In this document: positions 40,138 to 50,367 of the stretch, piece by piece
Position numbering within the stretch: position 1 is the first letter of the stretch
Layout of the letters: the number at the start of each line of letters is the position of its first letter
Assembly: GCF_028368995.1 (NCBI RefSeq)
Contig: NZ_JAQNDL010000001.1
Location: 1,920,001-1,984,000 of the forward strand
Direction: 5' to 3'
From: Nannocystis bainbridge
GTDB lineage: Bacteria > Myxococcota_A > Polyangia > Nannocystales > Nannocystaceae
DNA length: 64,000 nucleotides
Notes under the pieces: generated by a model
Databases searched by the model: none
Seen by the model: the letters and a program-made list of their open reading frames with translations, nothing else
What the model was told of the DNA's origin: nothing
Made by a program: the position numbers and the translations under genes

Positions 40138-41912
40138 TCTTCTCTCGACGCACCCACCCCGTGGCCTGGCTCGGCGCGCTGGTCCTGGCGTACCCGCAGG
40201 TCGCCGCCGCGGCGCCGTCGGTCTCGATCGAGATCGAGGACGAGGACGACGCGCCGCCGCCCCCGACAAAATCACCGAGGCCGACACCCGCCCCGACGTC
40301 GCCGAGCAACCCGCCGACGTCGCCGCCGAGCAACCCGCCGACCCCGAGCAAATCACCCTCGTCCCCGACGACCTCGACGGCGCCGGCGACTGCGAGCAAA
40401 TCACCGACGACCGCGCCGGCGACGCCCGCGAACCAATCGACGTCGCCTGCCGCACCCCCACCGGCGCCGGCAACCCCGGACCTCGACGCCGTCCCGATCG
40501 AAGAGCCGGTCGCCGAACCACCGCGGCAGCCCGACCCCGAGCTGACCGGGCTGCGCGAGCAACTGGCGGCAGTGCAGGCCCGCCTCGACACGGTGGAGAA
40601 CGAGCGCCGGGTCGAGAAGGCCGAGCACCTCAAGTCCCGCGCGCGCAACCCGTTCGTGCGGGTCGGCGACGTCGGCCGCGCCGAGATCGCGCCGACGCAC
40701 ATCGGCTTCGGCCCCGGCGCGGGCGTGTCGCAATGGGGCGTGCGCCTCAGCGGGTACATCCAATCGCAGTACCAGTGGAGCCAGCTGTCGGAGGACCAGA
40801 TCCAGCAAGGCGGGGCGACGCTCAATCAGAACCGCTTCATGGTCCGCCGCGGCCGCCTGCGGATCAGCGGCGACTGGAAATGGGTCGCCTTCGACTTCGA
40901 GCTCGACGGCAGCACCACCCGCGGCCCGTTCGTCGGCGTGCGCCAGGCCAACCTGAGCTTCGTCTGGCGCAACCCCGACGCCGCCCGGCCGCCGTACCTG
41001 ATGGTCACCGCCGGCCTCACCGAGGCTCCGTTCGGCCACGAGCTGCGCCTCGGCCAGCGCGAGATGATGTTCATGGAGCGCTCGCTCGGCTCGCTGGCGT
41101 TCTTCCCGGGCCCGGTCGACGTCGGCGTGCGCGTGCGCGGCGGCATCGCGGCGTTCCGCTACGACCTCGCGGTCATGAACGGCACCCCGCTCGACGACCG
41201 CGCCGGCGCCCGCAACACCACCGACCCGACCCGCGCCCCCGACTACATCGGCCGCTTCGGCTTCGCCGCTCGCCCCGGCAAGCACGCCCTCAGCGGCGGC
41301 GTCAGCCTGCTCTATGGGACAGGTTTCCACCGCGGCAGCCAGGCGACCAAAAACCGGCTCGAATGGAGTGACCTCAACGAAAACGGCGCGATCGACACCG
41401 GCGAATTGGTGGCAGTGCCCGGCCAGGCCGCCACGCCGTCGCTCAATTTCCGCCGCTGGGCCGTCGGCGCCGATTTCCAGGTCGGCCTGCGCTCGAAGGC
41501 CGGCTGGACCCAGATCCTCGCCGAGGGCACGATCGCCAGCAACCTCGACCGCGACCTCATCGTCGCCGACCCCGTGGTCGTCGGCGCCGACCTGCGCGAG
41601 CTCCACGGCTACGTCGCAGTCATCCAGGAGCTGTTCGGCCGGGCCGTCGTCGGCGGCCGCTACGATTATTACGACCCCAACACCGACCTGCTCGACCGCC
41701 GCCGCGGCGAGTTCGTGCCGAAGGCCGCCGCCATCCACACCATTTCGCCGATCGTCGGCGCCCTCCTGCCGCCAGGGTGGATCCCCGGCGTGCGCGGTCG
41801 CCTGGTGCTGCAGTACGACGCCGTGCTCGACGCCCTCGGTCGCGACAGCCGCGGCGTCCCGGCCAACCTCAAGAACGACCAGTTCATCGTCCGCCTGCAG
41901 GGGGAATTTTAA
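40134..41912 (+). CDS. Outer-membrane porin (OprO/OprP-like)
   Basis: Pro-rich linker and coiled coil; LSGYIQSQY, FMVRRGRLR, AG...PFG.E......FMERS; C-terminal Phe. Confidence 0.75.
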   Translation: MIFSRRTHPVAWLGALVLAYPQVAAAAPSVSIEIEDEDDAPPPPTKSPRPTPAPTSPSNPPTSPPSNPPTPSKSPSSPTTSTAPATASKSPTTAPATPANQSTSPAAPPPAPATPDLDAVPIEEPVAEPPRQPDPELTGLREQLAAVQARLDTVENERRVEKAEHLKSRARNPFVRVGDVGRAEIAPTHIGFGPGAGVSQWGVRLSGYIQSQYQWSQLSEDQIQQGGATLNQNRFMVRRGRLRISGDWKWVAFDFELDGSTTRGPFVGVRQANLSFVWRNPDAARPPYLMVTAGLTEAPFGHELRLGQREMMFMERSLGSLAFFPGPVDVGVRVRGGIAAFRYDLAVMNGTPLDDRAGARNTTDPTRAPDYIGRFGFAARPGKHALSGGVSLLYGTGFHRGSQATKNRLEWSDLNENGAIDTGELVAVPGQAATPSLNFRRWAVGADFQVGLRSKAGWTQILAEGTIASNLDRDLIVADPVVVGADLRELHGYVAVIQELFGRAVVGGRYDYYDPNTDLLDRRRGEFVPKAAAIHTISPIVGALLPPGWIPGVRGRLVLQYDAVLDALGRDSRGVPANLKNDQFIVRLQGEF

Positions 41913-41916
41913 TCAA

Positions 41917-42858
41917 ATGCGCGCGGCGCTGCTCGCATTGTTGTTTACCGTCGCCTGCACCGGTGAGGTCGAGCAGCAGCTCGGCCTCTTCGAGCCGATC
42001 CGCGTGCCCGACGGCGAGCTGCTCGACGCCGAGCCGCCGCTCGTCGCAGCGGGCCCGAAGGTCACGTCGCTCGACACCTCGTCCGGCATCCTCACCGTCG
42101 GCCAGCGCGATCGCCTGCTGAGCGGCCGCACGACCGAGGATGCCCACGCGATCGCGGTGCGCTTCGCCGATCTCGGCAGCGGCTGGTGGGTGCGGCCGGT
42201 CCAGGACAAGAACCCGATGTACCCCGGCGAGCGCGACTTCCAGCTCCGCCACGACATCGGCGGCGGCGCCCCGCCCGGCGTGCACACCCTGCTGCTCGCG
42301 GCGATCGACGAGGCCGGCCGCTGCGGCCCGGCCTTCGAGCTCGAGGTGTGCGTCCGCGACGATCGCCTGCCCGACAACCTCAACGCCTGCGACGCCACCA
42401 TCCCGCCGCCCGCGCTGGTGATCACGCTCGAGTGGGACCAGGACGTCGACCTCGACCTCGTGGTCGAGACCCCGGGCGGCAAGCGGATCGCCCACGCCAC
42501 CCCGACCTCAGGCGAGAAGATCGACACCGAGGTCCCGGCCGGCGTCGTCAAGGACCCGACCACCGGCAGGCTCGTGCGCGACAGCAACGCCGGCTGCGCC
42601 ATCGACGGCCGCAACAGCGAGTCGGTCGTGTTCCAGGAGCCGCCCGCGCGCGGCACCTATCTGATCTACGCCGATCTCTACGACGCCTGCGGCGCCCCCG
42701 GCACCCTGTTCTCGGCCGCCGTCTACCGCCGCGTCGAGCGCGAGGACGGCACCTTCGCCCTCGTCGAGGACGCGCGCACCGGCGGCGCGCTCGTCGACCT
42801 CCAGGCCACGGGAGGCGGCAAGACCCCGCTCTACGTGATGGCCAGCAAGCAACCGTGA
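41917..42858 (+). CDS. Hypothetical lipoprotein (YfaP-like DLDL motif)
   Basis: TVAC lipobox; ITLEWDQDVDLDLVVETPGG. Confidence 0.7.
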   Translation: MRAALLALLFTVACTGEVEQQLGLFEPIRVPDGELLDAEPPLVAAGPKVTSLDTSSGILTVGQRDRLLSGRTTEDAHAIAVRFADLGSGWWVRPVQDKNPMYPGERDFQLRHDIGGGAPPGVHTLLLAAIDEAGRCGPAFELEVCVRDDRLPDNLNACDATIPPPALVITLEWDQDVDLDLVVETPGGKRIAHATPTSGEKIDTEVPAGVVKDPTTGRLVRDSNAGCAIDGRNSESVVFQEPPARGTYLIYADLYDACGAPGTLFSAAVYRRVEREDGTFALVEDARTGGALVDLQATGGGKTPLYVMASKQP

Positions 42859-42870
42859 GGACCGTGCCTT

Positions 42871-43596
42871 ATGAACGTCGTCGATGAACTGATCAAGATC
42901 GCCCTGCTCGGCGCGACCTGGGTGCTCTACTTGCTGTTCGCCCTGTCGGTGCTGTCGATCGCGGCGATGGTCGAGCGCGGGCTGTTCTTCCGCAAGAACC
43001 GCGCCGGCGGCGAGCAGCTGCGCCAGGACCTGCTGGCCGCCATCGCCGCCCGCGACGAGGACCGCATCGACGCCGCCCTCGCCGGCAGCAAGACGGTCGA
43101 GGCCGAGGTCCTGCGTCAGGCCATGCTGTTCAAGGAGGGCGGCTCGGCGGCCTTCCTCGACGCCGTCGAGAGCGGCCTGGCCTCGGAGCGCGCCGGCCTC
43201 GATCGCGGCACCGTCTTGCTCGGCACGATCGGCAACAACGCCCCGTTCGTCGGCCTGTTCGGCACCGTGCTCGGCATCATCGAGGCGTTCTCTTACCTCG
43301 GCACCGGCGACCAGTCGGCCATGGGCAACGTCATGGGCGGCATCTCCGAGGCGCTGGTCGCCACCGCCGTCGGCATCTTCGTCGCCATCCCCGCGGTCAT
43401 CGGCTTCAACGTCGCCCAGAAGAAGGCCGGCGAGCTCGAGAACAGCGTGCTGGCGCTGGCGCGGCTGCTGTCGGCCTGGCTCAAGCTGGCCGAGGCGCGC
43501 GCCGAGGCCGAGGCGCACGACCCCGACAACCTGGCGCGCCTGCCCGCGCGCGCGGCACGTCGCCCGCTGGAGCCGATCCGCAGCGGAGGCGCGTAG
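42871..43596 (+). CDS. exbB: MotA/TolQ/ExbB proton channel
   Basis: LGTIGNNAPFVGLFGTVLGII..F, GISEALVATAVGIFVAIPA. Confidence 0.9.
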   Translation: MNVVDELIKIALLGATWVLYLLFALSVLSIAAMVERGLFFRKNRAGGEQLRQDLLAAIAARDEDRIDAALAGSKTVEAEVLRQAMLFKEGGSAAFLDAVESGLASERAGLDRGTVLLGTIGNNAPFVGLFGTVLGIIEAFSYLGTGDQSAMGNVMGGISEALVATAVGIFVAIPAVIGFNVAQKKAGELENSVLALARLLSAWLKLAEARAEAEAHDPDNLARLPARAARRPLEPIRSGGA

Positions 43597-43599
43597 GCC

Positions 43600-44019
43600 A
43601 TGGCCGGCACCACCGACACCGGCGGCCGCCGCCGCGCCCCGATCGCCGCCATCAACGTCACCCCGCTGGTCGACGTCATGCTGGTGCTGCTCGTCATCAT
43701 GATGGTGTCGGCGACCTACATCGTGTCGCAGACGCTCAAGGTCGAGCTGCCCAAGACGGCCACCAGCGACGGCAAGACCGCCACCGTCGCCGCCGTCACC
43801 ATCACCGACGCGCACGCGCTCTACCTCAACAAGCAGCCCGTCGACGAGGCCGCCCTGGTCACCGGCCTGCGCGGCCTCTACGCCGCCGACAAGGCCATGA
43901 CGCTGGTCGTCAGCGCCGACGAGCGGGCCGACCACGGCGCCGTCGTGCACGTCCTCGACCTCGCGCGCGTCGAGGGCATCACCAGCTTCGCCGTCAACGT
44001 GGAGCGCAAGAAGCCATGA
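43600..44019 (+). CDS. exbD: ExbD/TolR protein
   Basis: INVTPLVDVMLVLLVIMMV, VELP, AD....HG.VV.VLD. Confidence 0.92.
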   Translation: MAGTTDTGGRRRAPIAAINVTPLVDVMLVLLVIMMVSATYIVSQTLKVELPKTATSDGKTATVAAVTITDAHALYLNKQPVDEAALVTGLRGLYAADKAMTLVVSADERADHGAVVHVLDLARVEGITSFAVNVERKKP

Positions 44020-44789
44020 GCGATCGGCGGCGGCTGACGGCCCGCGCGGTCTACGTCATCAGCGCGCTGTTTCACGGCGCGCTGTGGCTGGGCGTGCGCA
44101 GCGTCGACAAGCCCGAGCCGCCGCCGCCGCCGCCGATCGTCATCAAGGTCACCGAGCCGCCGCCCGAGCCCGAGCCACCGCCGCCCGAGCCCGAACCACC
44201 GCCGCCCGAGCCGATCGCCGAGGCCCCGCCGGCGCCCGCGCCCGAGGCCCCGCCGCCGCCCGCACCACCTGCCCCGAAGGCCAGGAAGGCCGAGCCCAAG
44301 CCCGCCCCGGAGCCCGCGCCCGCGAGCCCGCCTGCGGCCCCGGAGGTGCCCGAATTCGGGGTGCCGATGACGAACGCCGGCGGACCCGGCGGCCTGTCCG
44401 TGCCGGCCGGCGACCCCGGCGGCAGCCCCGGCGGCGGCGGGGCCAAGCGCGAGAAGGTCGAGACCAAGACGCGCTCGCTCGACCCCAGGCCCAAGAAGGC
44501 TGCCGCCGACAATTGCGAGGAGCCCGAGGTCAAGCCGAAGCCGCTCGAGCTGCCGCAGCCGCAGTACACCGAGGCCGCGCGGGCCGCCGGCGTCGAGGGC
44601 AAGGTCCGCGTCCAGCTCGAGGTCAAGGCCGACGGCAGCGTCGGCGCCGTCACCGTGCTCGCCTCGCTCCACCCCGACCTCGACGCCGCCGCCAAGGTCG
44701 CCGCAAAGGCCGCCAGGTTCGAGCCCGCGACCCGCTGCGGCAAGCCGGTCGCGACCACGCTCACCATCTCGATCAAGTTCACGCTGTGA
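44016..44789 (+). CDS. tonB: Energy transducer TonB
   Basis: S..(F)H TM anchor, Pro-rich linker, PQYTEAAR.AGVEGKV...V..DG.V TonB_C. Confidence 0.9.
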   Translation: MSDRRRLTARAVYVISALFHGALWLGVRSVDKPEPPPPPPIVIKVTEPPPEPEPPPPEPEPPPPEPIAEAPPAPAPEAPPPPAPPAPKARKAEPKPAPEPAPASPPAAPEVPEFGVPMTNAGGPGGLSVPAGDPGGSPGGGGAKREKVETKTRSLDPRPKKAAADNCEEPEVKPKPLELPQPQYTEAARAAGVEGKVRVQLEVKADGSVGAVTVLASLHPDLDAAAKVAAKAARFEPATRCGKPVATTLTISIKFTL

Positions 44790-44811
44790 CCGTCGGCGCA
44801 TGGCTGCCCGT

Positions 44812-44972
44812 TTCGACATGTCCCTGAAGCCATCCTCGCGCCGCGAGCCCGCGCCTGTCCGTTCGCGCATGTCCAAGAAGACAGCCGCGAGCGAGGACCT
44901 CGACATGTGCTCGAGGACAGCCACTCGCACGAGCTCGTCGTCTGTCTTTTCGCACATGTCCCTGAAGACAGC
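44812..44972. repeat. Degenerate CATG-repeat dimers upstream of the TBDR
   Basis: CATG at 44817, 44868, 44904, 44955, each with a degenerate partner 14 bp downstream; 87-bp higher-order period. Confidence 0.65.
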
Positions 44973-47616
44973 AGTTTCCACAATCCTGGCGGCGCTGCTG
45001 GCCCTCGCCCCGACGGTCGCCGCCGCCCACGCCTGGGCCCCGCCGGCGCCGCAGCTGACCCGCGCGCCCGAGCTGGTCGAGTTCGTCCCGGCCGACTACC
45101 CCGAGAGCGAGAAGGCGGCGGGGCGCCAGGCCGCGGTGACCTTGCGGCTGCACCTCGACGAGACCGGCGCGGTCCACAGCGCCGAGGTCACCGAGTCGGC
45201 CGGCCCGGCGTTCGACGCCGCCGCGGTCGCGGCTGCCCTCAAGTTCAGGTTCAGCCCGGCCGAGGTCGACGGCAAGCCGTCGGCGATCAAGCTCGCCTAC
45301 CGCTACGTATTCGAGCTCGCCGCCGCCGTCCCGACCACCGCCGCCTACCACGGCGTGATCAAGCGCCGCGGCAGCGGAGCGCCGGTGGCCGGCGTCACCG
45401 TCACCGTCAGCCTCCCTGGCCTGGCCGCGCCGGTCGTCGCCGTCACCGACGCCGCCGGCGAGTTCCGGTTCAGCGACCTGCCCCCGGGCACAGCCACCGT
45501 CACCCTCGCAGGCGATCGCCTGCCCGCGCTCGAGCTCACCGAAGCGCTCGAGTCGGGCAAGGAGCACGACCTCGCCTACGAGGTCTCGCTGGTCGACCCC
45601 GAGCCCGCGGCGCCGAGCGGCGACGACCTCGAGATCGTCGTCGTCGCCCCGCCGCTGCGCCGCGAGGTCGTATCGACGGCCGTGCGCGCCGAGGAGGCCA
45701 GCAAGGTCCCTGGCACCTCCGGCGACGTCCTGCGCGTGGTCGAGAGCCTGCCCGGCGTGGCCCGCAGCGCCGCCGGTGCGGGCCAGTTGATCGTGTGGGG
45801 CGCCGCTCCGCAGGACACCCGCGTCTACGTCGACGGTGTACCGATCCCCCGCCTCTATCACGAGGGCGGCCTGCGCTCCGTCATTCATCCGATGCTCGTC
45901 GAAAGCATCGAGCTCGTGCCCGGAGGATACGGCGCCGCGTTCGGCCGCGGCCTCGGCGGCATGGTCTCGGTCGGCACGCGCACGCCCGACGGCAAGCGCG
46001 TGCGCGGCCGCCTCGCCGCCGACACCCTCGACGCCTCCGCCGTCGTCTCCGTCGCCCTCGACAAGCGCGAGCGCGTCCGCCTCGCCGTCGCCGTGCGGGC
46101 CTCCTATTTAAAACTGTGGGCCGACCGCTTGCTCGACCCATCGGCCCGCGCCTTCTTGCCGATCCCCCGCTACGGCGACGGCCAGCTGCGCCTCGCTATT
46201 AAACCTTCCTCGCGCGACCGCATCGAGATCGTCGGCCTCGCCAGCGGCGACCGGTTCGCGCGAGGGATCCCCAGCGCCGACCCTGCGCTCGCCGTGCTCG
46301 ACCAGCGGCGCCTCGATTTCGGCCGCGTCTACGCCCGCTGGACCCGCGACTACGACGGCGGCGGCAACCTCACCGTCACCCCCTTCGTCGGCTACACCCG
46401 CGCCGCCCAGGTCAGCAGCTACGGCGACGTCGCCACCTCGCTCGCCTCCTCCGGCTGGCTCGTCGGCGTGCGCGCCAATCGGCGGCTGCGCGCCGCTCGC
46501 TGGCTCACCTTCGACGTCGGCCTCGACGCCGAGGTCAACATCACGCAGCTGTCGCGCCGCGGCTCGCTCGGCCTGCCCGCGCGCGAGGGCGACATCCGCG
46601 TGTTCGGCCAGCCGCCGCCCGACCAGATCGGCGGCGACGACTGGCAGACTACCTCGGTCGGGCTCGCGCCCTACGCCCAGGCCGAGCTGTCCTTTTGGTC
46701 AGGCAAGCTGCGCGTCCTGCCCGGCCTGCGCATCGATCCTTACGCGCGCAGCGTCAGCCGCCGCAACCCGCCGGCCAGCGGCGTCCCGGCCGTAGGTCTG
46801 TTCGAGCAGGACTTCGCCGTCGAGCCGCGCTTCGCCGTCGTCGGCGAGCCGCACTGGCGCGTGCAGCTGCGCGGCGCCACCGGCCTCTATCGCCAGATGC
46901 CCGCGCCCGAAGATCTCTCGGCGGTGTTCGGCAACCCGCGCCTGCCGACCTCGCGGGCGCTGCACACCGTCGTCGGCGCCGCCGTCAAGTTCACCCGGAC
47001 CCTCTCGCTCGACGTCACCGCCTTCTTCACCCGCAGCAATCGCCTGGCGATGCGCAGCCCGGTCGACTCGCCGCTGCCGGCCCAGGGTCTGGCGCCTCTC
47101 GGCAGCGGCCGCTCGTACGGGGCCCAGTTCCTGCTGCGGCAGGAGCTGTTCAAGGGCCTGTTCGGGTGGGTCGCCTACACCCTCATGCGCTCCGAGCGAC
47201 AGAACGGCCCCGACGCGCCGGTGCGCCTTTCCGACTACGACCAGACCCACATCCTCACCGCGGTGCTCGCCTACGCCCTGCCGCGCGGCTTCGAGGTCAG
47301 CGGCCGGTTCCGCTACGCCACCGGCTTCCCGCGCACCCCCGTGGTCGGCGCCTACCATGATTCGACCTTCGACCGGTTCCAGCCGGTGTTCGGCGCCCAC
47401 AACTCGACGCGCATCCCCGCCTTCGTCCAGCTCGACCTGCGGATCGGCAAGCGCTTCGACATCGCCAGGACCCACCTCGACGTCTTTTTGGAAGTGCTCA
47501 ACGCCTGGAACCGCAAGAACGCCGAGGAGATCGCCTACTCCCCCGATTTCGCGGTCCGCGATTACATCCGCGGCTTCCCCGTCCTACCGGCCTTCGGCCT
47601 GCAGTGGGAGTTCTGA
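44956..47616 (+). CDS. TonB-dependent receptor with N-terminal TonB_C and carboxypeptidase-regulatory-like domains (alternative start 44800)
   Basis: YPESEK..G....V.LRL..DETG.V; plug VPGTSGDVLRVVESLPGV...VYVDGVPIP; barrel ending GLQWEF. Confidence 0.9.
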   Translation: MSLKTAVSTILAALLALAPTVAAAHAWAPPAPQLTRAPELVEFVPADYPESEKAAGRQAAVTLRLHLDETGAVHSAEVTESAGPAFDAAAVAAALKFRFSPAEVDGKPSAIKLAYRYVFELAAAVPTTAAYHGVIKRRGSGAPVAGVTVTVSLPGLAAPVVAVTDAAGEFRFSDLPPGTATVTLAGDRLPALELTEALESGKEHDLAYEVSLVDPEPAAPSGDDLEIVVVAPPLRREVVSTAVRAEEASKVPGTSGDVLRVVESLPGVARSAAGAGQLIVWGAAPQDTRVYVDGVPIPRLYHEGGLRSVIHPMLVESIELVPGGYGAAFGRGLGGMVSVGTRTPDGKRVRGRLAADTLDASAVVSVALDKRERVRLAVAVRASYLKLWADRLLDPSARAFLPIPRYGDGQLRLAIKPSSRDRIEIVGLASGDRFARGIPSADPALAVLDQRRLDFGRVYARWTRDYDGGGNLTVTPFVGYTRAAQVSSYGDVATSLASSGWLVGVRANRRLRAARWLTFDVGLDAEVNITQLSRRGSLGLPAREGDIRVFGQPPPDQIGGDDWQTTSVGLAPYAQAELSFWSGKLRVLPGLRIDPYARSVSRRNPPASGVPAVGLFEQDFAVEPRFAVVGEPHWRVQLRGATGLYRQMPAPEDLSAVFGNPRLPTSRALHTVVGAAVKFTRTLSLDVTAFFTRSNRLAMRSPVDSPLPAQGLAPLGSGRSYGAQFLLRQELFKGLFGWVAYTLMRSERQNGPDAPVRLSDYDQTHILTAVLAYALPRGFEVSGRFRYATGFPRTPVVGAYHDSTFDRFQPVFGAHNSTRIPAFVQLDLRIGKRFDIARTHLDVFLEVLNAWNRKNAEEIAYSPDFAVRDYIRGFPVLPAFGLQWEF

Positions 47617-47683
47617 TGAGATGTCCGATGAGACATGTTTCATCACGCAGTCGGGTCTTATGATGTCCTTGAGGACATGTCTT
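47617..47683. repeat. 14-bp-period CATG array
   Basis: Cores at 47620, 47634, 47662, 47676. Confidence 0.7.
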
Positions 47684-48694
47684 ATGCGCCACCTGCTCGC
47701 CGTCGCCCCGCTGCTCGCCTGCGTGCCCGACCTCGAGGTCGACCTCGCCCGCGTCGACGCCCCGCGCGTGCTGGCCGTGCGCGCCGAGCCGGCCGAGGTC
47801 GTACCGGGCGAGCCGGTCGCGCTGTCGGCCCTCTACGTCGACGCCAGCGGCACCCTCGTCGACGGCCCGCTCGAGTGGGCCTTCTGCGCCGCCCGCCGCC
47901 CGCTCGCCGAGCTCGGGCCGGTCAGCCGCGCCTGCCTCGAACGCGAGGGCGACGCACTGCTGGCTCTCGGGACAGGTCTCTCCGTCACCGCACCCGCGCC
48001 CGCGCCCGGCTGCCGCCTGTTCGGACCCGAGCCGCCGCCCGCGATCGGCGACCAGCCGGCGGGGCGCCCGGTCGATCCCGACATCACCGGTGGCTACTAC
48101 CAGCCATTGCGCATCGTCGCAGGCGACGACGACAGCGACCTGACGCTGTTTCAGCTGCGCATCACCTGCGGCCTGGCCGGCGCCGCCCAGCAGCAGTCGG
48201 CCGAGTACCGCGCCCGGGCCCGGCCCAACCGCGCACCGGCGGTGGTGGCGGTCGAGCGCGACGGACAGGTCATTGCCGCCGACGCGGTCACGAAGGTCAA
48301 GCCCGGCGGCGCGCTGCCGCTGCGCCTGGCCTGGGCGACATGTCCCGAAGCACCGGTGTGCGGCGATTCCATGTGCACCCTCGACGAGGCCGCCGCCAGC
48401 TGCCCCGCCGACTGCGGCGGCCCGCTCGGCTGCGGCGGCGCCGAGACCTACCTGCGCTTCGACCCGACCACCCTGGAGCTCGTCACCACGCGCGAGGCGA
48501 TCCGCGTGGCCTGGTACGCGACCGGCGGCCGCTACGACGCCGCTCGCACCGGCCGCGCGCCCGCCGAGGCGGAGGCGTTCAGCGACAACGTGTGGACCGC
48601 CCCCGACGCGCCGGGCGACTTCACGCTGTGGGTGGTGCTCCGCGACGACCGCGGCGCCGCCGACTGGCGCGAGCTCGCCGTGCGCGTCGAGTGA
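47684..48694 (+). CDS. Hypothetical lipoprotein (TBDR-associated)
   Basis: MRHLLAVAPLLAC; RVLAVRAEP.E..PG; WYATGG; WVVLRDDRG. Confidence 0.8.
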   Translation: MRHLLAVAPLLACVPDLEVDLARVDAPRVLAVRAEPAEVVPGEPVALSALYVDASGTLVDGPLEWAFCAARRPLAELGPVSRACLEREGDALLALGTGLSVTAPAPAPGCRLFGPEPPPAIGDQPAGRPVDPDITGGYYQPLRIVAGDDDSDLTLFQLRITCGLAGAAQQQSAEYRARARPNRAPAVVAVERDGQVIAADAVTKVKPGGALPLRLAWATCPEAPVCGDSMCTLDEAAASCPADCGGPLGCGGAETYLRFDPTTLELVTTREAIRVAWYATGGRYDAARTGRAPAEAEAFSDNVWTAPDAPGDFTLWVVLRDDRGAADWRELAVRVE

Positions 48695-48699
48695 CGCTC

Positions 48700-48740
48700 A
48701 CTCACGTCCTCCAGGACATGTTTTCCCATTAAAAACATCA
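48700..48740. repeat. Short CATG-family repeat after stop codon
   Basis: CACGTCC at 48703 and GACATG core at 48717. Confidence 0.5.
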
Positions 48741-48792
48741 GGCCGCCGCATTGGCGCTGCCGGGCGGAACTTCCATTAAACTCGGGCCCGCG

Positions 48793-50298
48793 ATGTCCGG
48801 CCCCGTCATCCCGCACACGAAGATCCGCGACACGAAGGATTGTTCCTGGACCGCGCGGTTGCTCGCGCGCCTCGTCGTGCCCGAGCTGACGGAGGACGAG
48901 CAGGACGAGATCGTGATCACCCTGCAGTTCCTCGCCGATCCGCGCGCGGAGGCCCCGCTCGTCGCCATCTTCGCCGATCGCACGCGTCCTGAAGCGCTGC
49001 GGAGCGCGGCCGCGTCGGTCTTGCGCGCCGGCCGGGGCCTCGATCGCCGCACACTGACCGGCCTGATCCGCGACGGCGATCCGGTCGAGCAATGGCAGGC
49101 GATGGTCGCCATGGAGCACGACGAAGCGGGACTCGTCGCCACCATCGCCGCCGATCCCGGGCACTCGCTCCATCGCGCGGCGATCCATACGATGGCCTGG
49201 GGCTTCGAGGCGCCGCGGTTTCAGGCGCTGAAGATCGCCGCCCTCGCGCACCCGGACGCGCGCGTGCGCGAGGCCGCTGCCGAGACCCTGTTGTGGGACG
49301 AGCCGGTCGCCGCCGAGGTCCCGTTGCTGCGCGCCCTCGACGATTCAGTCGACGCCGTGGCGATCGCGGCCGCGCAGGCCCTGGCCTATTACCCGACCCG
49401 GCGGGTCGTGCTGCGCCTCGCCGAGGTGCGCGCCGCCGCGGGCGAGCGCGGGCAGGCGGCCGCGAAGGCGCTCGACAACCAGGACTCGTTCGCGGAAGCG
49501 CTGCAAGGACCGGTCGGCGCCCGACGAACCGACCTGCTCGCCTGGATGAAGCCGGTCTGGGACATCCTCGCGCTGACCGAGGACGACCTGCAGCCGTCGG
49601 CCAGCGAGCCGACGTCGGCGCCCAGGCCCGTGCGCCAGCCGCTCGACGCCGCCCGGCTGCTCCGCGACCTCGCCGATCCCGACGGCCCGTGGGGCGACAA
49701 GCTGCGCCGGCTGCGGGCCGAGCCCTCGCTGGTCGGCCCGGCCGATCGAGCGCGGCTCGTGCCCTTCCTCGTCGAGCACCCCGACCCGCGAGTGCGCGGC
49801 GCGTGCGGGCACCTCCTCGCCGCGTGGGGCGAACAGGCGGCGCTGCTCCGCCTCGTCGGCGATCCGCGCCCTGCCGTGGCGAGCCATGCGATCGATTGGC
49901 TGGCCAAGACCACCCCGGACGCCGCCGTCGCGCAGTGCGCCCGGGACTACCTCGCGCGTCCGTGGGTCGCGGGCATGGACGCAGCCTACGCGCTGACGAC
50001 CTGCGTGGCACATACGCCGCGCGCCGAGGTCATCCCGCTCCTGACGCGGCACGTGCTCGAAGATCCGCGCGAGGCTGTCCGCCTCCGCGCCGTGGAAGCG
50101 CTGATCGAGCTGCAGGCCGCGCCCGCCCTCGCGTCGCTGCTGCCACTCCTCGAGGCGCCCCCCCGCGTGCACTGGGGCGTGCACCTGGCCTTGCTGAGGG
50201 CCTGCGGCGAGCTCGCTCTCGACGCCTCGCGCGGCCTCGATGCTCTGCGCGACGTCGACAACGCCGACGTACAAGCAGCTCTGGCGCGCGCGCCGTGA
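48793..50298 (+). CDS. HEAT-repeat protein
   Basis: HPDARVREAAAETL, LLRALDD....V, HPDPRVRGAC, EDPREAVRLRAVEAL; start uncertain. Confidence 0.8.
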   Translation: MSGPVIPHTKIRDTKDCSWTARLLARLVVPELTEDEQDEIVITLQFLADPRAEAPLVAIFADRTRPEALRSAAASVLRAGRGLDRRTLTGLIRDGDPVEQWQAMVAMEHDEAGLVATIAADPGHSLHRAAIHTMAWGFEAPRFQALKIAALAHPDARVREAAAETLLWDEPVAAEVPLLRALDDSVDAVAIAAAQALAYYPTRRVVLRLAEVRAAAGERGQAAAKALDNQDSFAEALQGPVGARRTDLLAWMKPVWDILALTEDDLQPSASEPTSAPRPVRQPLDAARLLRDLADPDGPWGDKLRRLRAEPSLVGPADRARLVPFLVEHPDPRVRGACGHLLAAWGEQAALLRLVGDPRPAVASHAIDWLAKTTPDAAVAQCARDYLARPWVAGMDAAYALTTCVAHTPRAEVIPLLTRHVLEDPREAVRLRAVEALIELQAAPALASLLPLLEAPPRVHWGVHLALLRACGELALDASRGLDALRDVDNADVQAALARAP

Positions 50299-50367
50299 CG
50301 GGCCACGAAAGCGCCCCGGCGCCCGCGACATCGCGGACCCCGGGGGCGCCGAATCATCACACCGCGA

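Noticed and set aside
48793-50298. HEAT protein as immunity factor for the PG hydrolases
   Set aside because: Convergent orientation, no signal peptide, and no supporting evidence
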